Source of the DNA: an uncultured delta proteobacterium
GTDB taxonomy: Bacteria; Myxococcota; Myxococcia; Myxococcales; Myxococcaceae
NCBI GenBank assembly: GCA_963796055.1
Contig: CAWCKH010000004.1
Span: 2,496,001 to 2,560,000, forward strand
Length of the DNA stretch: 64,000 bases
Reading direction: 5' to 3'
The notes below the pieces were generated by a model. That model worked only from the letters and a program-made list of their open reading frames with translations, had not been told where the DNA came from and searched no databases. Shown here in pieces: positions 44,833-53,630 of the stretch; position 1 is the stretch's first letter; each line of letters opens with the position of its first letter. The translations under genes were made by a program, and so were the position numbers.

Positions 44833-46196
44833 ATGCGCCCCGCGAGGTACTCGATGAGGTCGATCTTGGTGACGATGCCGATGACCTGCTCGTGCTCCTT
44901 CACCACCGCGACGTTGTCCTGGGCGAAGACCTCCCGCAGCCGGTTCAGGGTGGCCTCCGGGCTCACCACGCCTTGCAGCGGGGCGATCAGCGGGTCGATC
45001 GGGTCATGGAACCCTTGCTTCTTCGAGACCAGCGCGTTGAGCAGGTCGTACTCGTGAATCATCCCCACCGTGCTGCCGTGCGGGTCACGGACCGGCATCT
45101 GGCTGATGCCGTGCTTGCGCATCTGCTCCACCACCGCGTCGATGCGCTGGCCCTTGTCGGCGAAGAGCACGTGCTGCTTGCGCGAGCCGATGAGGTCCTT
45201 CACCCGGCCGGGCGACTTCTCGTCCACCGCGAAGCCGTTGTCCTTCATCCACTCGTCGCTGAAGAACTTGCTGATGTAGCTGTTGCCGGTGTCGGTCAGG
45301 ACCACCACCACCACCTTGCCCTTGCCCAGCTCACGCGCGATTTCCACCGCGATGTGCGCCGCGCCTCCGGAGCTGCCGCCGCCGAAGAGGCCCTCCTCGC
45401 GCGCCAGCCGCCGGGCGACGTTGAAGCACTGCTGGTCGTCCACCTGGCGGATCTCGTCGATCACCGAGAAGTCGAGCGCCTTGCAGAGCATGTCCTCGCC
45501 GATGCCCTCGACCTTGTAGACGTGCGGCTCGGGGAGCTTCCCGGTCTGGAAATAGCCCTGGTACACGCTGCCCACCGGGTCGACGCCCACGTTGCGGATG
45601 GCGGGGTTCTTCTCCTTCAGGAACTTGCCGACGCCGGTCATCGTCCCGCCGGTGCCGAGCCCGGTGATGAAGACGTCCAGCCGTCCCTCGAGCTGCTCCC
45701 AGATCTCCGGCGCGGTGGTGAGGTAGTGCGCCTCGCCGTTGTCGGGGTTGTGGTACTGGTTCAGGTAGAAGCTGCCCGGGGTCTCGCGGGCGATGCGCTT
45801 CGCCGTCTCGTAGTAGCTCTGCGGCGAGTCCGCCGGGACGTTGGTCGGCGTCACCACCACCTGCGCTCCGAGCGCCTTCAGGCGGTTGATCTTCTCCGCC
45901 GACATCTTGTCCGGCATGGTGAAGATGCAGCGGTAGCCCTTCACCGCCGCGGCGAGTGCCACCCCCATGCCGGTGTTGCCGGAGGTGTTCTCGACGATGG
46001 TTCCGCCCGGCCTCAGCTTCCCCTCGCGCTCCGCCTTCTCGATGATGTGCAGCGCCATCCGGTCCTTGATCGACCCGCCGGGGTTCATGAACTCGCACTT
46101 CGCGTAGACGGTGGCGTCGTTCGGGCCGACCAGCTTGTTGAGACGGACCAGCGGGGTGTGGCCGATGGCCGAGAGGATGGTGGAGTGCACGTTCAT
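44829..46196 (-). CDS. cbs: Cystathionine beta-synthase with C-terminal CBS domains
   Basis: IGHTPLVRL, NPGGSIKDR, TSGNTG, GTGGT, YKVEGIG; C-terminal CBS pair (GISQMPV). Confidence 0.9.
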   Translation of the reverse strand: MNVHSTILSAIGHTPLVRLNKLVGPNDATVYAKCEFMNPGGSIKDRMALHIIEKAEREGKLRPGGTIVENTSGNTGMGVALAAAVKGYRCIFTMPDKMSAEKINRLKALGAQVVVTPTNVPADSPQSYYETAKRIARETPGSFYLNQYHNPDNGEAHYLTTAPEIWEQLEGRLDVFITGLGTGGTMTGVGKFLKEKNPAIRNVGVDPVGSVYQGYFQTGKLPEPHVYKVEGIGEDMLCKALDFSVIDEIRQVDDQQCFNVARRLAREEGLFGGGSSGGAAHIAVEIARELGKGKVVVVVLTDTGNSYISKFFSDEWMKDNGFAVDEKSPGRVKDLIGSRKQHVLFADKGQRIDAVVEQMRKHGISQMPVRDPHGSTVGMIHEYDLLNALVSKKQGFHDPIDPLIAPLQGVVSPEATLNRLREVFAQDNVAVVKEHEQVIGIVTKIDLIEYLAGRM

Positions 46197-46251
46197 GGCG
46201 CTCTCGCTCATAGCACCGCCGGCGCCCGGGGCGCCCGCCCGCACCGCGGGG

Positions 46252-47538
46252 TCACCCGCCCGAGTGCTCCAGGAGCCACCGCCGGAGCGCGACCGGGTCG
46301 GCGGCAACGGCCTCGGCGTGTGAGGGCCGGGCCAGAAGCTCGGCCAGGGGCGCCGGTACCGCGACCGAGTGGCCGACCAGCGGCTCGACGACGCTCTCGA
46401 ACTTCGCCGGGTGCGCCGTCGCCGCGACCGCCCAGCTGCCCCCGGTTCCCTCGGTGCGGAGCTGCTCCAGAACGTGAATCCCCGCCGCCGTGTGCGGACA
46501 GAACACCTGTCCGTGCCGGCGCTCGCCCTGCTGGATGGTCCGGGAGATGTGCGCGTCCGAGACCGCCCGGACACGGAGTCGCCTCCGCAGCATCTCCGGG
46601 TCCTGGAACGTCCAGACCAGCCGCTCGAAGTTGCTCGGGTCCCCGACGTCCATCGCGTTGGCCAGCGTCGCCACGCTCGGACGCCCCCGGTACAGACCGG
46701 ACTCGAAGAACTCGACCAGGGTCCGGTTGGCGTTGGTCGCCAGCACGATCTCGCCGATCGGCGCGCCGAGCTCGCGGGCCCACACCGCAGCGAGCGCATT
46801 GCCCAGGTTCCCGGTGGGGACCACTAGACTTAGCGTCCCCCCGGAGCTCCACGCTGCGTGGGCGTGGTAGGCCAGCTGCGGCAGGAGCCGGCCGAGGCTG
46901 ATGCTGTTCGCCGAGGTGAGCCGGAGCCCTTCGAGCTCGGGATCGGCAAACGCTGCCTTCACCATTCTCTGGCAATCGTCGAACGCGCCGGGGACCCGAA
47001 GGGCCGACACGTTGTCGCCGAAGGCTCCGAGCTGGTGTGCCTGCCGCGGGGAGACCCGTCCGTCCGGGTAGAGCAGCACCACCCGCACCCCCGGCATCCG
47101 GTGAAACGCCGCGGCCACCGCGCCACCGGTGTCGCCCGACGTGGCCACCAGCACCGTCCGCTGCCCGTCGCCGGCAGGATGCAGCCGCCGGACGCAGGCT
47201 GCGAGGAAGCCAGCCCCGAAGTCCTTGAAGGCCGCGGTCGGACCATGGAACAGCTCCAGCACGAAGTCGCCGCGGCCGCGCAGCGGGACGAGCGGTGCCG
47301 GAAAGGTGAAGGCCTCGGTCACCATCGCCTGCAGCTCGGGCTCCAGCCGGTCCCCGCCGAAGAACGGTGCGAGCACCGCCAGCGCCGACCCGGGCAGGGA
47401 AGGGCCTCGTGGCCCGCCCACCTCTCCTCGCGGGAGCCGCGCCGGGACGAACAGCCCGCCGTCCGGCGCGGTGCCGCGGAGAAGAGCATCGGCGAGCGGC
47501 AGGTCCGGCGCGCCGCCCCGCGTGCTGCCGACGTTCAC
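46252..47538 (-). CDS. thrC: Threonine synthase
   Basis: APDGGLF, ELFHGPTAAFKDFG, ATSGDTG, SANSI, PTGNLGN, TAHPAKF. Confidence 0.95.
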   Translation of the reverse strand: MNVGSTRGGAPDLPLADALLRGTAPDGGLFVPARLPRGEVGGPRGPSLPGSALAVLAPFFGGDRLEPELQAMVTEAFTFPAPLVPLRGRGDFVLELFHGPTAAFKDFGAGFLAACVRRLHPAGDGQRTVLVATSGDTGGAVAAAFHRMPGVRVVLLYPDGRVSPRQAHQLGAFGDNVSALRVPGAFDDCQRMVKAAFADPELEGLRLTSANSISLGRLLPQLAYHAHAAWSSGGTLSLVVPTGNLGNALAAVWARELGAPIGEIVLATNANRTLVEFFESGLYRGRPSVATLANAMDVGDPSNFERLVWTFQDPEMLRRRLRVRAVSDAHISRTIQQGERRHGQVFCPHTAAGIHVLEQLRTEGTGGSWAVAATAHPAKFESVVEPLVGHSVAVPAPLAELLARPSHAEAVAADPVALRRWLLEHSGG

Positions 47539-48461
47539 CCCACCACCTTCGCCGCCGGTGCAGCCACCGGCGAGATCCACACGTCGCACCCGATGTACTC
47601 GGCGCGGAAGGCCTCCTCCATCGCCCGGGCGATCCGGTCCGCCCGGTCCCGCGTACACCAGGCGAAGACGCTCGGGCCGCCCCCGGAGATGCTCGCCCCC
47701 AGCGCCCCCTGCTCGAGCGCGGCGGCCTTCACCGGCGCGAAGCCGCCCACCAGGGGCGCACGCAGCGGCTCGACCAGCACGTCGCGCAAACCGGCGCGGA
47801 TGAGATCGAGATCGCTCCGGTAGCAGCCGGCGATCACCTTGGCCAGGTTCGCGGTCTGCTCCACGATCTGGGGCAGCTCGAAAGGGAGTCTCAGCACCGC
47901 GCGCGCGGTCTTGGTCTCCAGGATCTGATGGGGATGGACGAGGACGCAGGTCAGCCCCTCCGGAACCGGGATGGCGATCAGGCGGTCGTGCGTGGCCAGC
48001 GCCAGGCCCCCGAGGAGCATCGGCCCGACGTTGTCGCCGTGCTCGGCCCCGCTCGCCGCCGACTCGCCGATCATCGCGCAGTGGTAGAGGACGTCCATCG
48101 GTGCGGGCCGGTCGATCACCGCGTTCGCCGCGACCAGGGCCGCGACGCACGAGGCCGCCGAGCCGCCCATCCCCGAGCCGAGCGGGATTCCCTTGTCGAT
48201 CCGCACCTCGAAGCCGTGGGTGAGCCCCAGCCGTCCCCGGAGCGCGAGCAGCCCCCGGCCGGCAGTGTTCTTCTCCGCCTCCAGCGGCAGTCCCGTCACC
48301 ACGCCCTCGATGGCGGCGATGCGGACCTCGTGCGCTTCGATCCGTTGCACGGTGACCCGATCGACCGGCCCCACGATGGCGTGACCGAGGATGTCGAAGC
48401 CCACGCCCACATTGCCCACGGAGGCAGGGGCGGCGGCGGTCGCGACGCTGGACCGGCTCAT
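47535..48461 (-). CDS. thrB: Homoserine kinase
   Basis: APASVGNVGVGFD, GIPLGSGMGGSAAS, HGDNV, ISGGGPS. Confidence 0.95.
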   Translation of the reverse strand: MSRSSVATAAAPASVGNVGVGFDILGHAIVGPVDRVTVQRIEAHEVRIAAIEGVVTGLPLEAEKNTAGRGLLALRGRLGLTHGFEVRIDKGIPLGSGMGGSAASCVAALVAANAVIDRPAPMDVLYHCAMIGESAASGAEHGDNVGPMLLGGLALATHDRLIAIPVPEGLTCVLVHPHQILETKTARAVLRLPFELPQIVEQTANLAKVIAGCYRSDLDLIRAGLRDVLVEPLRAPLVGGFAPVKAAALEQGALGASISGGGPSVFAWCTRDRADRIARAMEEAFRAEYIGCDVWISPVAAPAAKVVG

Positions 48462-48513
48462 CCCCGGGACCCTAACGCGCCGGGCCACGACGGGTCTGCT
48501 ACCCTTCGGAGCA

Positions 48514-49554
48514 ATGCACAGCGAGCAGGCCCTGCGCGACCAGGTGGCTCTGGCCACCGGTCGTCCCCAGGACGGCGCCCCAATCCTCCAGCTGAAGGGT
48601 GACGCGAGCAACCGCTCCTACCTCCGGGTCGGACGCTGGCCGGACAGCCACGTGGTGATGGTGATGCCGCCGGGGGCCCCGAAGAGCGAGGAGGCCAGCA
48701 AGGGTGGTCCGCCGGTCGAGCTGCCGTTCGTGAACGTGCACCGCTACCTCGACGGGCTGGGCGTCCGTGTCCCGCGCATCCTCCGCTACGATCCGGGGGC
48801 GGCGATGATGGTCCTCGAGGACCTGGGTGACCTCACCTTCGAGCGGGCCCTCGACGGCGCTCCGCGCGAGGCGCTCTACGGACGCGCCATCGACCTGCTC
48901 GCCCGGATGCGGGCGACGGCGGAGGCCCGGCCCGATCCTCACTGCCTCGCCTTCTCCCGCGCGTTCGACGAGGAGCTCTACGTCTGGGAGCTCCACCACT
49001 TCCGCGAGTACGGCCTCGAGGCCTGGAGCGGGAGGGTCCCGACCGAGGTCGAGCGCGCGCAGCTCGAGCGTGCCTTCGCCGGAATTGCCGGCCGGCTGGC
49101 CGCTGCGCCGCGAGGCTTCACCCACCGCGACTACCAGAGCCGGAATCTCATGGTGGCGCACGGCGACCTGGTCCTCATCGACTTCCAGGACGCGCTCCAG
49201 GGACCGTGGCAGTACGATCTGGTGGCCCTGCTGCGCGACAGCTACGTCGAGCTCGAGCCCGGGCTGGTGGAGGCGATGATCGACCGCTGGCTCGCCACCT
49301 ATGCCCGGGCGTCGGGACGCACCCCGGAGCCCCGCGAGTTCCGGCGCTTCTTCGACCTGCTCACCGTGCAGCGGAAGCTGAAGGACGCCGCGCGGTTCGA
49401 GTTCATCCACCGGGTGAAGAAGAACAAGAGCTTCCTCCCCTCCATCCCCGCCTCGCTTCGCTACGCACGGGCGGCGATGGAGCGGCTCGCGGACGACCCG
49501 GACGTGGTCGCGCTCCGCGAGGTGGCGGTGCGCTACGTCCCCGAGCTGCGCTGA
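48514..49554 (+). CDS. amgK: MurNAc/GlcNAc anomeric kinase (APH fold)
   Basis: LKGDASNRSY, LEDLGD, HRDYQSRNLM, IDFQDA; coupled to murU. Confidence 0.85.
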   Translation: MHSEQALRDQVALATGRPQDGAPILQLKGDASNRSYLRVGRWPDSHVVMVMPPGAPKSEEASKGGPPVELPFVNVHRYLDGLGVRVPRILRYDPGAAMMVLEDLGDLTFERALDGAPREALYGRAIDLLARMRATAEARPDPHCLAFSRAFDEELYVWELHHFREYGLEAWSGRVPTEVERAQLERAFAGIAGRLAAAPRGFTHRDYQSRNLMVAHGDLVLIDFQDALQGPWQYDLVALLRDSYVELEPGLVEAMIDRWLATYARASGRTPEPREFRRFFDLLTVQRKLKDAARFEFIHRVKKNKSFLPSIPASLRYARAAMERLADDPDVVALREVAVRYVPELR

Positions 49555-50528
49555 TGCCGCCGGGCCACCGAGCCTTCGTCCTCGCCGCGGGGCTGGGCAC
49601 GCGCCTGCGCCCGCTGACCGACACCTACCCGAAGCCGGCGGTGCCCCTGCTCGGCGCGCCGCTACTCCGGCGCACCTTCGCGGTGCTCGCCCGGGCCGGG
49701 GTGGACCGCGTCGCGCTGAACACCCACCACCTGCCGGAGCACATGGGGCGGGTGGCCCACGAGGAGGGCGCAGGTCGGGGCCTCGCCGTGACCACGGTGC
49801 ACGAGCCCGTCATCCAGGGGACCGCCGGCGGGCTGCGGGGCCTCGCCCGGGCGCTCCCGGGTGAGGACGTGGTCATCGCCTGGAACGGCGACATCCTCTT
49901 CGCCCCTGACCTGGCGTCGCTGCTCGAGGCGCACCGGGCCTCGGGCGCCGCGGCCACCCTGGTGCTCCTGCCGATGCCTCCGGGCCGGAGCTACGGGGTG
50001 GTGGAGGTCGACGCGTCGGGCCGGGTCCAGCGCATCGGCCCCGCGAACCGCGCGCCGCTGCCCGGCTGCAGCGCGTGGCACTTCAGCGGGGTGCACCTGC
50101 TCTCTCCACGGGTCTTCGAACTGATGACGCCGGAGGGGCCCGAGGACATCAACCACGACGTCTACCCGCGCCTGTTCGCCTCCGGTGCGGTGCGAGGCAT
50201 CGCAGTGAACGCGCCCTGGTCGGACCTCGGCTCGCCGGCGACGTACCTCGAGGCGCAGTCCGACCTGCTCCTCGGCCACGTTCCGGACCCGCTCGGCCCG
50301 GGCTCGCCGCTCGCCGGAAGGACGGATCCGGAGGCGCTGGTCGAGCCCGGCGCGCACGTCCACGCCGGCGCCGACCTCGCTCCCGACGTGTTCGTGGCCG
50401 CCGGTGTCGAGGTTCCGGCCGGGGCGCACGTCCGCCGGAGCGCGCTGCTCGCCGGGGCCGTCATCCGGCCGGGCGAGAAGGTGGTGGACGAGATCCGCTG
50501 GTCCGGGCAGGCGCTCAGGGCGAGCTGA
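49554..50528 (+). CDS. murU: Nucleotidyltransferase, MurU-like
   Basis: LAAGLGTRLRPLT...PKP, NGDI, WSDLGSP. Confidence 0.8.
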   Translation: MPPGHRAFVLAAGLGTRLRPLTDTYPKPAVPLLGAPLLRRTFAVLARAGVDRVALNTHHLPEHMGRVAHEEGAGRGLAVTTVHEPVIQGTAGGLRGLARALPGEDVVIAWNGDILFAPDLASLLEAHRASGAAATLVLLPMPPGRSYGVVEVDASGRVQRIGPANRAPLPGCSAWHFSGVHLLSPRVFELMTPEGPEDINHDVYPRLFASGAVRGIAVNAPWSDLGSPATYLEAQSDLLLGHVPDPLGPGSPLAGRTDPEALVEPGAHVHAGADLAPDVFVAAGVEVPAGAHVRRSALLAGAVIRPGEKVVDEIRWSGQALRAS

Positions 50529-50666
50529 GGAGGGCGCTACACCTACCGCTTCCACCGCGACGACCGTTACGCGTTCTCGATCCAGAACTCGTTCGACGGC
50601 GGCAAGAGCTGGGTCAAGTTCATGGAGGGTGTGTACCGGCGGACTGCCGGCGCATCGGAGCCGTGA
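50529..50666 (+). pseudogene. Start-less C-terminal fragment resembling DUF1579 proteins
   Basis: GGRYTYRFHRDDRYAFSIQNSFDGGKSWVKFMEGVYRR...*; strong GC3 bias; no upstream start codon. Confidence 0.55.
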
Positions 50667-50747
50667 CGCGGCGGTAACATTCACGACGTACCGGTCTCCA
50701 TTTGGTTGCCGGCGTCGGATCGCGGACCCATTGTCTGCAGTGCAGCC

Positions 50748-51587
50748 GTGCTACGCCTCGCCCACCTCAGCGACCTCCATCACCAGATCGACTGGCGGAG
50801 GCGCTCGCTCTGGAGCTCGGGGTGGCGCGGAGTCCCGGGACGCTTCGAGCTGCACGCGCTCGGCCGCCTCCGGCGCTTCCTCGGCGTCGAGCAGCGCATC
50901 CAGCGACTGGTCGAGCAGGTGCTCACGCTCGCCCCCGACCGGGTCATCCTCACCGGCGACCTGACCGCCCTGGGCGACGTGTCCGAGCTGCGCCACGCCC
51001 GGGCGCTGCTCGAGCCGTTCATCGCCGCAGGCCTGCTGGTGGTCGTCCCTGGCAACCACGACCGCTACACCGATGCCCGCTCGAGCGCGTTCGAGCTGGT
51101 CTTCGCCGACCTCCTGACCAGCGACCTCCCCGAGCTCGCCGATGCCCGTGGCTATCCATTCGTGAAGCTGGTGGGCGAGCGCCACGCCCTGGTGGGCCTG
51201 GACAGCACCCGGGTCCAGGGCTGGAGCCACTACGTCGTCGGCCGCCTCGGCCAGAGCCAGCTCCGCGCGCTGGCCCGGGTCCTGGAGCATCCGGCACTCG
51301 ACAGGCGCACGGTGCTCCTGCTGGCGCACCACGGGCCCGCCGGGCCTTCGGGCGCCTTCGACTGGAACGAGTCGGGGCTGATCGACGCCGGGGCCCTGCT
51401 GCGCGCCATCCGCCACCGCCCGGTGGTGCTCCTCCACGGGCATTCGCACCACCGCTTCTGGCACCGGGCCCGGTACGGCCGGCCGCACCTCATCGCCGGC
51501 GGCAGCTCCACCGAGCGCCCGGGCTTCTGGGAAGTTCAGGTGGACGATCATCGCGTGCTGGAGGCAGTGGCCCACCCGCTCCGCTAG
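50748..51587 (+). CDS. Metallophosphoesterase
   Basis: HLSDLH, LTGDLT, PGNHD, HGHSH. Confidence 0.9.
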   Translation: MLRLAHLSDLHHQIDWRRRSLWSSGWRGVPGRFELHALGRLRRFLGVEQRIQRLVEQVLTLAPDRVILTGDLTALGDVSELRHARALLEPFIAAGLLVVVPGNHDRYTDARSSAFELVFADLLTSDLPELADARGYPFVKLVGERHALVGLDSTRVQGWSHYVVGRLGQSQLRALARVLEHPALDRRTVLLLAHHGPAGPSGAFDWNESGLIDAGALLRAIRHRPVVLLHGHSHHRFWHRARYGRPHLIAGGSSTERPGFWEVQVDDHRVLEAVAHPLR

Positions 51588-51627
51588 GTCAGGGCGGCCG
51601 CAGTCACCTATGGCCGACAGGGCGCAG

Positions 51628-52308
51628 TCAGCGCATTCGAGGGGCGGCGGGCAGGCCCCAGCCGTTGCGCGGACCTCCGCGGTATTCGGGAATCCAGAAG
51701 AACACCCCGGTCAGCGCCACGGCCAGACCGAGCCCGGAGACCACGTCCACCAGGTAGTGCTGCTTGGTGGTGAGCGTGGACACCGCCACCGCGGTCGCCC
51801 ACGCCACGTAGCCCGCGAAGAGCGATCGCCGGCGATGCCAGAGCGAGAACGCCGCCAGGTACGAGCCTGCGACGTGCATGCTGGGGAGGCAGCTGGTGGG
51901 CGCGTCCACCCCGCGGAGCGAGGACAGGGCCCTCCCGCTCAGCCCGTGCCCGCTGATGGGAAAGGCGTCCCGCGGGAACACCGTGGGCCAGGCGAAGTGG
52001 ATGGCCGCGCCGATCGCCAGCAGGACGAAGTAGGCGCGGACGAACCGCTTCACCTCGTCCCAGCTCTCCGAGACCAGAAAGGCCAGGGACACCAGCAGGT
52101 AGTCGGTGAAGTAGATCCACACCGTCTCCGGCAGGAATGGCACCGAGGCGTCCACCCGCGTCCACCAGAGCTGGCGCGGCTCGACGAGCTGGAGATGGTT
52201 GGGAACCAGGTACAGCACCGCGTTGATGCACATCGCTGCGGCGGCGATGCCCAGCTTCTCCAGCAGTCCGGGCCCCGTCTGCGCACGGGCGGCGGCGAGG
52301 TCGTTCAC
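51628..52308 (-). CDS. PAP2-family membrane phosphatase
   Basis: CLPSMHV, STLTTKQHYLVDV. Confidence 0.85.
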   Translation of the reverse strand: MNDLAAARAQTGPGLLEKLGIAAAAMCINAVLYLVPNHLQLVEPRQLWWTRVDASVPFLPETVWIYFTDYLLVSLAFLVSESWDEVKRFVRAYFVLLAIGAAIHFAWPTVFPRDAFPISGHGLSGRALSSLRGVDAPTSCLPSMHVAGSYLAAFSLWHRRRSLFAGYVAWATAVAVSTLTTKQHYLVDVVSGLGLAVALTGVFFWIPEYRGGPRNGWGLPAAPRMR

Positions 52309-53069
52309 TCGAGCCGGCAGCGGGCCAGGATGCAGGTGACGTTGTCGTTGCCGCCGGCGGCGTTGGCTCGCTCGATGAGCTTGGTGCAGGCCTCCTCCAG
52401 ATCTGCGGTCTCACCGAGCAGCTGCTCCATCTCGGTGTCGGCCACCATGCCCGACAGCCCGTCGGAGCAGAGCAGGAACAGGTCGCCGTCCTGGAGCTCG
52501 AACCGCCCCACGTCCACCTGAACCGTGTCCTTCATTCCCAGCGCACGGACGATGACGTTCTTGTGCGGGAAGGCCTCGATCTCCTCCGGCGACAGCTTCT
52601 TGGCCTTCAGGTAGTCGTTGAGCAGCGAGTGGTCCTCGGTGACCAGCTCCAGCTTCCCCGCCCGGAAGCGGTACACCCGGCTATCCCCCACGTGACCCAC
52701 GTAGACGGACGCCGCTGCAAAGTGCACCGTGGCGATGGTGGTCCCCATCCCCCGATAGTTCGGGTCACCGCTCGCGGCCTCGTAGATGCGGGCGTTGGCG
52801 AGCTTGATTCCGGTGGCCAGCCGGTTCTCGTCGTAGTTCCGGGTCTTGTCCATCTTGAACGGCCAGGTCACGTCCCGGTCGGTGGAGGTGAGGCGGAAGA
52901 ACTCCGCCAGCTCGTCGATGGCGATCCGGCTGGCGATCTCGCCGGCGAAGTGCCCGCCCATGCCGTCGGCCACGCAGTAGAGCTGCTGCTCCGGCATCAC
53001 GAGGAAGCTGTCCTCGTTGATGTTGCGCTTCATGCCGACGTGGCTCTTGCCTGCGACCTCGATGCGCAT
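52305..53069 (-). CDS. pph1: PP2C Ser/Thr phosphatase (Pph1/Stp1-like)
   Basis: VGMKRNINED, VADGMGGH, TWPFKMDKTRNYDENRLATG (myxobacterial Pph1-like, from memory), LCSDGL, GGNDN. Confidence 0.85.
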   Translation of the reverse strand: MRIEVAGKSHVGMKRNINEDSFLVMPEQQLYCVADGMGGHFAGEIASRIAIDELAEFFRLTSTDRDVTWPFKMDKTRNYDENRLATGIKLANARIYEAASGDPNYRGMGTTIATVHFAAASVYVGHVGDSRVYRFRAGKLELVTEDHSLLNDYLKAKKLSPEEIEAFPHKNVIVRALGMKDTVQVDVGRFELQDGDLFLLCSDGLSGMVADTEMEQLLGETADLEEACTKLIERANAAGGNDNVTCILARCRLE

Positions 53070-53136
53070 CACGGGAGAATCGTGGACGCTAGCAAAGCCC
53101 GGAGCGATGGATCAAAAACTCATCGAGGCACGACGC

Positions 53137-53616
53137 ATGGCGCTGCTCCGCTCTGTCGATCCTCCATTGCACGTGGTGCTGGTCTCGCCACGCATCCCGC
53201 CGAACACCGGGAACGTCGCCCGGCTGTGCGCGGTCACCGGCTGCCGGCTCGAGCTGGTGGAGCCGCTGGGCTTCTCCATCGCCGACCGCGACCTCAGGCG
53301 CGCCGGGCTCGACTACTGGGACAGGGTGTTCCTGGCCCTGCACGCCGACTGGGAGGCCTACCTCGCCTCGAGCGTCGGCGCCCGGCGCTGGCTCTTCACC
53401 GGCCACGCGGACCTGATGCACTGGGGCGCGCCCTTCACTCCCGGTGACCACCTGGTGTTCGGGTCGGAGCCGGGGGGCCTGCCGCCCTACATCCTCGGGG
53501 GAGGTGAGGGGACCCCGGTGGCCATCCCCATGGTGTCGGGCGTCCGCTCGCTCAACCTCTCGACCGCCGTGGGGATCGGGGTCTACGAAGCGCTCCGGCG
53601 GATCCGGGTAGAGTAG
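53137..53616 (+). CDS. trmL: tRNA (cytidine/uridine-2'-O)-methyltransferase
   Basis: PRIPPNTGN, LRRAGLDYW, FGSEPGGLP, RSLNLS. Confidence 0.92.
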   Translation: MALLRSVDPPLHVVLVSPRIPPNTGNVARLCAVTGCRLELVEPLGFSIADRDLRRAGLDYWDRVFLALHADWEAYLASSVGARRWLFTGHADLMHWGAPFTPGDHLVFGSEPGGLPPYILGGGEGTPVAIPMVSGVRSLNLSTAVGIGVYEALRRIRVE

Positions 53617-53630
53617 AGGGCCCACCGACG

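Noticed and set aside
50526..50560. Selenocysteine recoding of the murU TGA
   Set aside because: MurU is already complete, there is no Cys-equivalent position and no convincing SECIS hairpin.
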